Shown: positions 1 through 7,642 of the stretch, in pieces
Layout: every line of letters starts with the position of its first letter
How positions within the stretch are numbered: the first letter of the stretch is position 1
Assembly (NCBI GenBank): GCA_034660555.1
Contig: JAYEJL010000107.1
Span: forward strand, 1 to 11,208
Direction: 5' to 3'
From: Thermotogota bacterium
GTDB lineage: Bacteria > Thermotogota > Thermotogae > Petrotogales > Kosmotogaceae
DNA length: 11,208 bases
Program-made: the position numbers and the translations under genes
Notes under the pieces: model-generated
Databases searched by the model: none
Told to the model about the DNA's origin: nothing
The model's input: the letters and a program-made list of their open reading frames with translations, nothing else

Positions 1-227
1 AAGATGAAAGAAATTTTATTTAGTTCCTTGTTTAGTTGTTTTGGTATGTTCTTGTGTATACATACATCTCTGCCCCAAATTCCATTCCTGTATTTAAAAG
101 CTTCTATAACCTGAGCAAAGCAATATTTGCAGCCAAATCCGCAACCAATATATGGATTTATAGCGTATTCTGCTACAGATATTCCGGTTTTTGTTAACGC
201 TGTTTGTGATGTTATTTCATAAAGCAT
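1..227 (-). CDS. Radical SAM protein, spore photoproduct lyase-like (5' part; runs off the window edge)
   Basis: Not in the ORF track. My translation from ATG 227 gives MLYEITSQTALTKTGISVAEYAINPYIGCGFGCKYCFAQVIEAFKYRNGIWGRDVCIHKNIPKQLNKEL..., open to position 1. It has the CxxxCxxC motif in the NPYxGCxxxCxYC context typical of SPL-like/COG1533 radical SAM proteins. Confidence 0.88.
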   Translation of the reverse strand, partial: MLYEITSQTALTKTGISVAEYAINPYIGCGFGCKYCFAQVIEAFKYRNGIWGRDVCIHKNIPKQLNKELNKISFI

Positions 228-341
228 AATAAAATTCTATATCATATTTGCTCGATATAAAACCTAAATAACTAAATGTATCAATGAATAAATAGATATT
301 TTTGGTAAAATATTGTTGTAACAAGCCAAGAGGTGAAAGAG

Positions 342-1220
342 ATGATTGCATTTGCAATAGATAATGCAATTACATTACCTGAAAAAACAGAAAATAAATA
401 TGGTATTAAAATTTTCAAACTTGGCATACCTATATATATAGATGACAGAAAGTATATAGATGGCAAAGACATTACAGCAGAAGAGTTTATAAAAATGTAT
501 GATCCAAATTCAGATTTGAAGACAGCTGTTCCCTCTCCGGGTTTCATTGAAGATTTTTTAAGAAGCATTCAGAAAGAAGGATATGACGAGGTCATATATT
601 TCGGAACTTCTACCGGCTTATCTGGATTAACCAATTCAGTGGAAATGGTTGCAAGAACGATAGATGACATGAAAATCCATGTAATCGATACAAAAAATGT
701 TTCTGTTGGAGCAGGTTATGTGGTTCTGAAAGCCCTTGAGTTTTTTAAGGAGTCTCGTAGTATAAAAGATATTGTTGAAGTTTCAAAAGAAAACTATAAA
801 AACATAAAATTGCTGGTAAGTGTAATGGACTTAACCAGACTTATTAATGGTGGTAGACTACCAAGATATAGGGGAATTGTGGCCAGTTTGTTAAGAATAA
901 AGCCTCTTCTTCACATTAGCAATAATGGAGAATTGCAATTACTTCAAAAAACTAGGACATCCAGCAAATTAATTAGCAAAATGGTGAACATCACAATGAA
1001 ACATATCGAGCATAGAAAAACGAATTTGAAAATTGCCATAGGTTTAGGGCATGAAAGGATGAAAGACTATGCTTTAGAGCTTCAAGAGAGGTTAAAAAGT
1101 GAAGTGAGTAAAATTGCTGATATGGTCCCTGAGTTCATTACATTTAGCTTGCCCTCTGTGCTTATGTGCCACACTGGTCTTGATGTATTTGGATGTGTTA
1201 GCTACGGTGAAGTTGGCTAA
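342..1220 (+). CDS. DegV family fatty-acid-binding protein
   Basis: Motifs KTAVPSPG, STGLSG, IHVIDTKNVSVGAG, GGRL, LLRIKPLL and C-terminal HTG match the DegV/EDD fold. SD GAGGTG (330-335) favours ATG 342 over GTG 333. Confidence 0.92.
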   Translation: MIAFAIDNAITLPEKTENKYGIKIFKLGIPIYIDDRKYIDGKDITAEEFIKMYDPNSDLKTAVPSPGFIEDFLRSIQKEGYDEVIYFGTSTGLSGLTNSVEMVARTIDDMKIHVIDTKNVSVGAGYVVLKALEFFKESRSIKDIVEVSKENYKNIKLLVSVMDLTRLINGGRLPRYRGIVASLLRIKPLLHISNNGELQLLQKTRTSSKLISKMVNITMKHIEHRKTNLKIAIGLGHERMKDYALELQERLKSEVSKIADMVPEFITFSLPSVLMCHTGLDVFGCVSYGEVG

Positions 1221-1241
1221 TAGGGAAAATGAGGTGTTCTT

Positions 1242-1844
1242 ATGGTGAAGAAATGTACTATCTGTGGGCAGGAAATAGATAAAAAGAATTCTGTTAAGAT
1301 AAGAGGCGAATGGTACTGTCTTGAATGTGCTGCAAAGCTGAAGGAACTTGAAGAAAAGTCAGTCAGTAAAAAAAGTTATGGCAAAGCCCCTGAAGTCCTT
1401 GCTTTGAATGTCGAAAATCCGGGCATACCTGTAGTAAGATATTTTCAAATGGTTACAACGACGGGAATAATTCATCTGGGAGCCTGCGATAATTACAGAA
1501 ATGATCCTGATGAAAACATCGATGAAATAGTGGCTTCAGCAATGGAAGGTGTCTATTACAAATTACTCGATGATCTCAAAGATAAATCATATCAAATTGG
1601 CGCAAATAGCATTCTTGGCATCAAAGTTAGCACTGCATCATTCAGTACAGTTGAAGAAGAATTAGGTTTGATTGTTACTTTATCCGGGACACCAGCGCTT
1701 ACTGCAAGAAAAAAAGAAAAATCTACAGAAAAAAGCGGGGACGCTTCTCAAGAAAAGGACATAGCTACTCAAAATGATGAATTTGAGTTTCCAGTCGACT
1801 TTTTTGATGAAAAATTCGAGCAAATAGATAATGATAGTAGCTAA
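1242..1844 (+). CDS. N-terminal Zn-finger (CTIC...CLEC) fused to a YbjQ/UPF0145-like domain, with an acidic C-terminal tail
   Basis: Two CxxC pairs at the N-terminus. LLDDLKDKSYQIGANSILGIKV...VTLSGTP resembles the YbjQ GANAxxGV...GTA signature. SD GAGGTG lies upstream, 21 nt after the degV stop. Confidence 0.68.
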   Translation: MVKKCTICGQEIDKKNSVKIRGEWYCLECAAKLKELEEKSVSKKSYGKAPEVLALNVENPGIPVVRYFQMVTTTGIIHLGACDNYRNDPDENIDEIVASAMEGVYYKLLDDLKDKSYQIGANSILGIKVSTASFSTVEEELGLIVTLSGTPALTARKKEKSTEKSGDASQEKDIATQNDEFEFPVDFFDEKFEQIDNDSS

Positions 1845-2581
1845 ACTGCTTCACTTACTGAATTCAAAAAGCCTTTGATTTCAACAGAATTAGAGTTAAA
1901 AAAGGAAACAGGATCAGTATCTTCAATTATTTCCCCATTCTCCATGAAAATTATTCTGTTGGCGGTATTTTCAGCAAATCGTATTTCATGTGTAACAACA
2001 ATCATTGTTTTTCCCAGTAATGAGAGCTTTCTCATCACGTTCATCACTTCTCCCACAAGAGAAGGATCCAGCGCTGATGTTGGTTCATCAAAAAGTAATA
2101 GATCGGGTTCCATGACAAGGGCTCTGGCAATGCCTACTCTTTGTTGTTGTCCGCCAGAAAGTTGAGAGGGATAGTTCAAAGTCTTATCAGCAAGCTCAAC
2201 ATCAATCAAAGCTTTTTCAGCTTGTTTTCTAGCCTGACGCCAGTTCATATTTTTAACTTTAACGAGGGGAAGTGCAACATTATCTATTGCACTGAGATGA
2301 CTTATAAGATTGAAATTTTGAAAGACAAAACCAATCTTTGACCTTACTGATCGTATTATTTGTCTATTATTTATAACCTTGGTATCATTAAAATAAATCT
2401 CTCCAGAATTTGGCTCAATAAGATAGTTTATCGTTCTTAGAAGAGTAGTCTTTCCAGCACCAGATCTACCGAGTATTACAAGCACATCTCCCCTATTAAC
2501 TTTAAAACTAACATTTCTTAATACACAGGTGCTTCCAAATGATTTACATATGTTATTCATTAAAAGGACTGTATCTTTCAT
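1841..2581 (-). CDS. Polar amino-acid ABC transporter ATP-binding protein (GlnQ-like)
   Basis: Walker A GRSGAGKT, Q-loop VFQNFNL, signature LSGGQQQR, Walker B LLLFDEPTSALDP and H-loop VTHE. ATG overlaps the permease stop codon. Confidence 0.95.
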   Translation of the reverse strand: MKDTVLLMNNICKSFGSTCVLRNVSFKVNRGDVLVILGRSGAGKTTLLRTINYLIEPNSGEIYFNDTKVINNRQIIRSVRSKIGFVFQNFNLISHLSAIDNVALPLVKVKNMNWRQARKQAEKALIDVELADKTLNYPSQLSGGQQQRVGIARALVMEPDLLLFDEPTSALDPSLVGEVMNVMRKLSLLGKTMIVVTHEIRFAENTANRIIFMENGEIIEDTDPVSFFNSNSVEIKGFLNSVSEAV

Positions 2582-3312
2582 AGAATTGCTAGCCTCCTTT
2601 CTAACTTTCTACCAATATAGGACAAAATCGATGTCATTGCTAGATATATTCCAGCCAGGATTAAATATGCTTCAAGACTGGCAAGGGTTTGTGTACCCAC
2701 CTGTCTTGCTCTCATTGTTAAATCTCCCAAAGCAATTACTGAAACAAGTGAACTATCTTTTATTAATGAACACACCTGTCCTATTAACGGTGGAATGGAT
2801 ATCCTGAATGCCTGTGGAAAAACAATAGATAGAGTTACCTGATATGAGTAAAGGCCCATGGCTTCTCCGGCTTCAATCTCACCTTTTGGAACTGCTTCAA
2901 TACCAGCTCTAAAAATTTCTCCTATATACGCTCCTTCAAAAAACGCGAGTGAAAAAACACCAGCCCAGAATCTGTCAATTGAAAACACAGATCCCAGACC
3001 GTAGTATATGAGTAGAATAATTACAAGCAGTGGCATATTTCTAAAAAACCACACATAAATAGTTCCGAGGTCCTGAAAGACCTGAATCTTCGATGTTCTT
3101 AAAAGAGCAATAACTACTCCCGTTAATAACGCAAAACCAAGAGAAACAGCTGTTAATTTACCAGTCATTTCAAGTCCCATTAGAAAAAGCCTATAATATC
3201 TAGCTGTTACATCCCAGTTAAAGGGATATACCCTTGACATCGAAAAATATACTATTGCAATACAGCCAGACAAAACAATTATGATTAAAGACCTCGAAAG
3301 AAGTTTTTTCAT
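2578..3312 (-). CDS. Polar amino-acid ABC transporter permease (HisM/GlnP-like)
   Basis: FRNMPLLV, GAYIGEIFRAGIEAVPKGEIEAGEAMG (EAA loop), PQAFR and LIKDSSLVSVI. ATG 3312 (MKKLLSR) is preferred to the track start at 3381, which overlaps the SBP gene. Confidence 0.93.
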   Translation of the reverse strand: MKKLLSRSLIIIVLSGCIAIVYFSMSRVYPFNWDVTARYYRLFLMGLEMTGKLTAVSLGFALLTGVVIALLRTSKIQVFQDLGTIYVWFFRNMPLLVIILLIYYGLGSVFSIDRFWAGVFSLAFFEGAYIGEIFRAGIEAVPKGEIEAGEAMGLYSYQVTLSIVFPQAFRISIPPLIGQVCSLIKDSSLVSVIALGDLTMRARQVGTQTLASLEAYLILAGIYLAMTSILSYIGRKLERRLAIL

Positions 3313-3331
3313 ATTTACCCAATCTTTAAAA

Positions 3332-4105
3332 TTACATCTGGGGTTCGTATTCAACGAACCACTCGTATTCCAGTTCGTCAATTATTCCGGATGTATCCAT
3401 CCAGTTAATAAATGTGTTTATCCACCATAAAAATTCCAGATCCCCTTTTCTAACTGCTACGCCAAGATCTTCTTCGGTAAGGAATTCATTACTTACATCA
3501 AGTACTTCATATTTTTTGGCTACATATCTGGCATAAAGAGAATCGACCACAAGTATGTCAGCTCTATTAGAAGCAACCTGGAATGCAGCTTCATCCATTG
3601 AATCGAAGGGAAGTATTTCTGCGCCTTCAAACAGTCTGCGAGCAGCTTCGTCCCCTGTCGTTCCTAACTGGACAGCGATAGTTAAGTCATCATTTTTAAG
3701 TTCATTGTATTTGGGTAGTTCCTGATAATTATTTGTGCTGTATACCATCACCTGTCCCACAGTTAGATAAGCATCACTGAAGTTAACTTTTAAAGCTCTT
3801 TCCGGAGTAATTGTCATTCCTGACCAGATAATATCGAACTTCTCAGTCATCAATGCGGGTATAATCCCGTCCCAGTTGACAACTACAAACTCAAGTCTTA
3901 CTCCCAGAATGTCTGCCATACGTTGAAGGATTTCAACTTCTAGTCCTATGCGGTTCCCTTCCATATCAGTACCGTATAAAGGCATATAACCTGAATCCTG
4001 TCCAACTCTCAATACTCCTCTTTTTCTGATGTCATCCAGCAAGCTTCCAAAAGCAAAACCCGCTACCAATAAAACAATTACTGCAAAAACCATCATTTTT
4101 CTCAC
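3332..4105 (-). CDS. Polar amino-acid ABC transporter substrate-binding protein (SBP family 3)
   Basis: Signal peptide MRKMMVFAVIVLLVAGFAFG; motifs IRKRGVLRVG, WDGIIPAL, SGMTITPER, VNFSDAY and QLGTTG. SD GGAGGT lies 7 nt before GTG 4105. Confidence 0.94.
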   Translation of the reverse strand: MRKMMVFAVIVLLVAGFAFGSLLDDIRKRGVLRVGQDSGYMPLYGTDMEGNRIGLEVEILQRMADILGVRLEFVVVNWDGIIPALMTEKFDIIWSGMTITPERALKVNFSDAYLTVGQVMVYSTNNYQELPKYNELKNDDLTIAVQLGTTGDEAARRLFEGAEILPFDSMDEAAFQVASNRADILVVDSLYARYVAKKYEVLDVSNEFLTEEDLGVAVRKGDLEFLWWINTFINWMDTSGIIDELEYEWFVEYEPQM

Positions 4106-4131
4106 AACGAACACCTCCAGAATTTTGATAT

Positions 4132-4168
4132 AAAAAAAACCGGGCGATCTAATAATCGCCCGGCTTTT
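4132..4168 (-). terminator. Intrinsic terminator in the leader of the ABC operon
   Basis: The minus strand reads AAAAG-CCGGGCGAT-TATTAG-ATCGCCCGG-TTTTTTTT: a perfect 9-bp GC-rich stem followed by T8, about 27 nt before the SBP start. Confidence 0.88.
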
Positions 4169-4190
4169 CCTTTTATTTTTAACAGCATGC

Positions 4191-4277
4191 CTAAGATGTG
4201 CTGCCTAAAAGGGCCGAGCACCTCCATTTAACATGCTTCTTTGATATTAAATTTTGAATGGCATTACTAATATACAT
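4191..4277 (-). CDS. Candidate leader peptide (28 aa, MYISNAIQNLISKKHVKWRCSALLGSTS)
   Basis: ATG 4277 to TAG 4191-4193, with SD GGAG (4287-4290) 9 nt upstream. It lies between the promoter and the terminator and overlaps the antiterminator 5' arm. Confidence 0.5.
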   Translation of the reverse strand: MYISNAIQNLISKKHVKWRCSALLGSTS

Positions 4278-4307
4278 TTCAAGCAACTCCAATAATTAAT
4301 TTTCTTA

Positions 4308-4337
4308 ATACTACCAGAAAATAGTAAGCTTTGTCAA
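4308..4337 (-). promoter_or_regulatory. Sigma70-type promoter for the ABC operon leader
   Basis: Minus strand: TTGACA (4337-4332), 18-nt spacer, then TAGTAT (4313-4308) preceded by an extended -10 TG. Confidence 0.7.
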
Positions 4338-4430
4338 GTTTTCAAATTGAAACTCTAAGATTAACTCATGAACAGCTTCATAAAGCATAAATTGGCATAA
4401 ATAGTCTTCTTTTTTGATATTAATTACATT

Positions 4431-5771
4431 TTACTCATCATTAACCGTTGGTACCGCACCTGTACCCAGATAAATATCATGAATCATCCTACTATCAGCA
4501 CAGGGTTCGAGCGGGTTAAAGTACAGATAGTTAAAGTCTTCCCAATAAATCATTTCAAAAGCTACTGGTAAAGCATTTCTAGCAACCTCTGGATTGCTAA
4601 TTCCAATAAGTAACTCGTCAAGATAAACTTTATAAGGTATATCCCAGCCATCCATTACATCAAATTCAATGTAAAGATTTTCCAGTCCGGAATCCTGGGC
4701 AATGTCAAGAATTTCCGTTGTTGGTGTAAATTCTACCCCTCCTCCTTCCACAGGGCAAACATCAACCTGTTCAGCTATTTCAGTTGCTTCACTACCATGA
4801 CCCGGGGACATGAACAAGAAAACTTCGTTACTGTTCATTTGGGAACTTATTGAAGCAAGCGCTGCTTTGAGATCTTCCTTTGTACCTCCTACAACTGAGA
4901 TAACATCAAATCCAAGAGGAGTCGAAGTAAGTGTAGTCTTCCATTTTTCAATATCGCCTTTATGCCTTTGTTCGTCTGATCCTGAGAATAACAAAGCGTG
5001 TTTAGAACTGGCATCATCTGTAAGTCGCATGTTTTGATCTCCATTGTATAATCCCTGAGGATGTTCTGTTCCTGGAGGATTATCTCTATCACCATGAGGA
5101 CCTCTGCGGTCATTCATATGGGCGTCATGATCTGCTTTGGCAATAGTATCACCAGATTCGAATTCCTTTCTCAACTCTTCAAGCCAGTAATCATAACCAA
5201 GACCATCATTACCCCAACTAGTTTCGTTCCATCCTGCAGCTGATTTTAAAAGGGTGTCATCAAAATCTTTAAGATCTTTGAACATACCTCCACCAAAACA
5301 CTGTCCAAAGGCAAATATCATTTGTTTATAACCCTTATCAACAATATTATCCTTAATTAGTTTTGCAAACTCATGAGATCTAATGGAAGTATCTGATGCT
5401 GAAAGGGCAGCTTTCATATTTTCCGGTGGTTCAACATATTCTGGAGTTGGGACAGCTGTTTCAAAGTTAATTTCGACCGGGTTACCTTTCATGATTGAAC
5501 CTTCACCATCAGAATCGGTGTTAAGTGGGGTAAATTTCAGCAAATATTCAGAACCCGGTTCAAGGTCAGGAATCTCAAATGTTGAAGTACTTGTTATGGT
5601 CTCAAAAACAGTAGAGTCTTTTGTAATAACCACTTCCATAGCAAAATTGTCAGCCTTCCATGCTGTTGTTGGGGAAACATCAACTGTTACAGTTGGTGTT
5701 TCATATGGGGAATTTTCCTGCCAGTCACAAGGCCATTCTGGAATGGGAATAAGTTTTTGAATACTATCCAT
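4431..5771 (-). CDS. C-terminal fragment: FN3-like domain plus caspase/legumain-like cysteine peptidase domain
   Basis: FEIPDLEPGSEYLLKFTPLN is FN3-like. MIFAFGQCFGGG is the Cys motif and FLFMSPGHG is the His motif. No SD is evident before ATG 5771. Confidence 0.72.
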   Translation of the reverse strand: MDSIQKLIPIPEWPCDWQENSPYETPTVTVDVSPTTAWKADNFAMEVVITKDSTVFETITSTSTFEIPDLEPGSEYLLKFTPLNTDSDGEGSIMKGNPVEINFETAVPTPEYVEPPENMKAALSASDTSIRSHEFAKLIKDNIVDKGYKQMIFAFGQCFGGGMFKDLKDFDDTLLKSAAGWNETSWGNDGLGYDYWLEELRKEFESGDTIAKADHDAHMNDRRGPHGDRDNPPGTEHPQGLYNGDQNMRLTDDASSKHALLFSGSDEQRHKGDIEKWKTTLTSTPLGFDVISVVGGTKEDLKAALASISSQMNSNEVFLFMSPGHGSEATEIAEQVDVCPVEGGGVEFTPTTEILDIAQDSGLENLYIEFDVMDGWDIPYKVYLDELLIGISNPEVARNALPVAFEMIYWEDFNYLYFNPLEPCADSRMIHDIYLGTGAVPTVNDE

Positions 5772-5795
5772 TCTTTAAAGACAACATCGATGGCA

Positions 5796-7070
5796 TTACA
5801 GTTTCCAATCACTGATATTACATCTAGACCTGTATGACAAATAACAAGTACATGCACAAGAATATGTGAGCTCTCCGTTCTGATCAGTTGTTAATTCATC
5901 AGGACCTCTGGTGTGAAGTCCTGTTACAGTCACTTCAATTGATTTGCCTTCTGCGGGTTTTCCATCTGCTTTGGTTACTACGCCCTTTACTGTATGTACT
6001 CCAGGGGATATATTAATATCATATATAGGTGTTATGGTTATGCTATAGTCGCAGTCACATTCGATTTCAGCGTCCGACATTATCTTATCAATGTGTTCTG
6101 GTAGTGCGGAAACATTTCCCCATGTTTGAGCCATAATGCTTTGAGGATCTTCATCCTGCTCATAGTCGTTCACATAATTTCCATCTTCGTCATAGTGATA
6201 TTCATCATCAAGTCCCATAAAATGTCCAAGTTCATGTGCAACTACAGCTCCACTGTCGAGGCTATCGAATTCACCGGTTGTTGTATCGGTAGAACCAGGT
6301 GTTGGTAATGGAGTATTTACAAATGAAGTATGCGCTGCATTTACCTTTTTTATTTCAACTATGTGTGCATCTTCCGGAAAATTGCCATCAGTAACTATCT
6401 CAAATACAAAATCAAATTCAACCGTGCAGCAGTCTTCTTCATCTCCTTCTCCACCCCATTCACGAGAACCTTCATCACCATTCCAGATTTCTTCTGCTTC
6501 GGTTTCCCAGGAATCAATTTGTGTTTGCGTTGCTCCATTACCATGAAAAGCAATCTTTACGGTTACTTTGTACTCACAGGGACCTCCTGTAACTGAGGTT
6601 ATTAGCGGGAAATATTTATCTGGAGCATATTCATCTGGAAAGTAAGTGTGTAAAATCTGAAGTGCAAATTCTCCTAATTCTTTCGGTGGAACACTGAACA
6701 TCATTATTTCATTGGAACCAAGTAAGTTTACCAGCGGCGCTTTACCTTTATTATCACCATTTTTTAGAAGCGCAGTTGCTATCAGAGCTTTTATTGCATT
6801 GTTCGTATCGGTTAAATAGGTTTCAAGTTCATCTAATACAGTTGCAGGTAATGTTACCCTTTGGAAAGAGTAGGCTGCAGGCCAGCGCTCTAATGGAGTA
6901 CCATTTTCCAGCATGTCAAGTAGTTTATTTGTTTTATCATCTACTAAAGGAATAATTTCATCAATATATTTTATGGTCATTGGTATATCTAAGTCAACTT
7001 TATCAAGTATCTCATCGATTTCATCTTCTGCTACCTTAAAGTGTACTTTTACTGTTTTGTAATTATCCAT
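5796..7070 (-). CDS. Middle fragment of the disrupted lipoprotein: Zn metallopeptidase (metzincin) domain with Ig-like domain
   Basis: HELGHFMGLDD (HExxHxxGxxD, 6204-6236) followed by a SIM Met-turn. The C-terminal HTVKGVVTKADGKPAEGKSIEVTVTG...TTDQNGELTYS is Big_1-like. Confidence 0.8.
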   Translation of the reverse strand: MDNYKTVKVHFKVAEDEIDEILDKVDLDIPMTIKYIDEIIPLVDDKTNKLLDMLENGTPLERWPAAYSFQRVTLPATVLDELETYLTDTNNAIKALIATALLKNGDNKGKAPLVNLLGSNEIMMFSVPPKELGEFALQILHTYFPDEYAPDKYFPLITSVTGGPCEYKVTVKIAFHGNGATQTQIDSWETEAEEIWNGDEGSREWGGEGDEEDCCTVEFDFVFEIVTDGNFPEDAHIVEIKKVNAAHTSFVNTPLPTPGSTDTTTGEFDSLDSGAVVAHELGHFMGLDDEYHYDEDGNYVNDYEQDEDPQSIMAQTWGNVSALPEHIDKIMSDAEIECDCDYSITITPIYDINISPGVHTVKGVVTKADGKPAEGKSIEVTVTGLHTRGPDELTTDQNGELTYSCACTCYLSYRSRCNISDWKL

Positions 7071-7642
7071 ATAAACGGTTGCAGTAACGACATTTGAATA
7101 AGTAACATCACCAACCCAGTAACCAAATTTGTAGCCAATATCCGGATGTGCTGTTATTTATACCTCTGTATCTGCCTTAAATTCATTAACTCCTTTAGGT
7201 GGATTGGTAGTGACTTCAGCTTCAGAAATTTCCATAGTCAGCTCATACATTTTTAAAGTAAAATTACAGGATAAAATGATTAGTAAAAAGAACATGATGA
7301 TTAAAGAAAAGGAAAAAAATCTTGAATTTTTTCACATTACTCACCTCCCTTATCACATAGATCCAACAGAATTAACGTAATGAGTATGTTTCTTAAACAT
7401 GACTATTAGTTATAAAAACGGTGTTTATTTAATATTGAAGGAAAAAAGATGGAAATTTTTCGGGGTGTAATTAATGAAATGAATCATTATTATAAAAATT
7501 GTAACGTGCATAGAAAATGAAGTATTTTTTGAGGCTTAATATAAAACACCAGTTAGCAGCGTTCTTTAAATAAGCAAAGACTGTATTAGAAAAGAGTATA
7601 ATTCTTTTGTAGTAAAAAAATAAAGGTATTGGGGGAATCAAA

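Larger units (their letters stand above)
4431..7337 (-). pseudogene. Disrupted ~965-aa lipoprotein: lipobox, InlB-B-like repeat, HEAT-like region, metzincin, Ig-like, FN3-like, permuted clan CD protease and C-terminal domain
   Basis: SD GGAGGTG at 7342-7348. Lipoprotein signal ...FFSFSLIIMFFLLIILSC (Cys codon 7266-7268) is in the same frame as track ORFs 5796..7070 and 4431..5771. Lesions: start region (ATG-TGA at 7337, or GTG 7335 out of frame at an A6/T7 run), in-frame TAA at 7158-7160, and TAA at 5796-5798 and 5775-5777. Confidence 0.75.

Noticed and set aside
1841..1844. 4-nt stop-codon overlap between convergent genes with no terminator
   Set aside because: A common feature of compact genomes; nothing specific suggests a regulatory role.
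4140..4230. Lysine riboswitch or T-box suggested by GGAGGTGC upstream of an amino-acid transporter
   Set aside because: Only ~60 nt separate this motif from the terminator, against ~170 nt for a lysine aptamer. The GAAAGG/GCCGAA elements and the T-box GGTGGxACC sequence are absent.
4368..4398. Palindrome ATGAA-CAGC-TTCAT and a weak ARG-box-like AGCATAAATTGGCA upstream of the ABC promoter
   Set aside because: Short or mismatched in AT-rich DNA and not overlapping the promoter; cannot be distinguished from chance without orthologs.
4431..5771. Caspase-like domain as part of an anti-phage system (gasdermin, CBASS or type III CRISPR-associated)
   Set aside because: No defence genes or CRISPR repeats are nearby, and the domain sits in an exported lipoprotein with Ig/FN3-like modules.
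5775..7337. Stop-codon reassignment or selenocysteine read-through to explain in-frame TGA/TAA in the lipoprotein gene
   Set aside because: TAA, TAG and TGA all end ordinary genes in this window. The junction stops are better explained by indels, and a TGA at codon 2 of a signal peptide is not a plausible Sec site.
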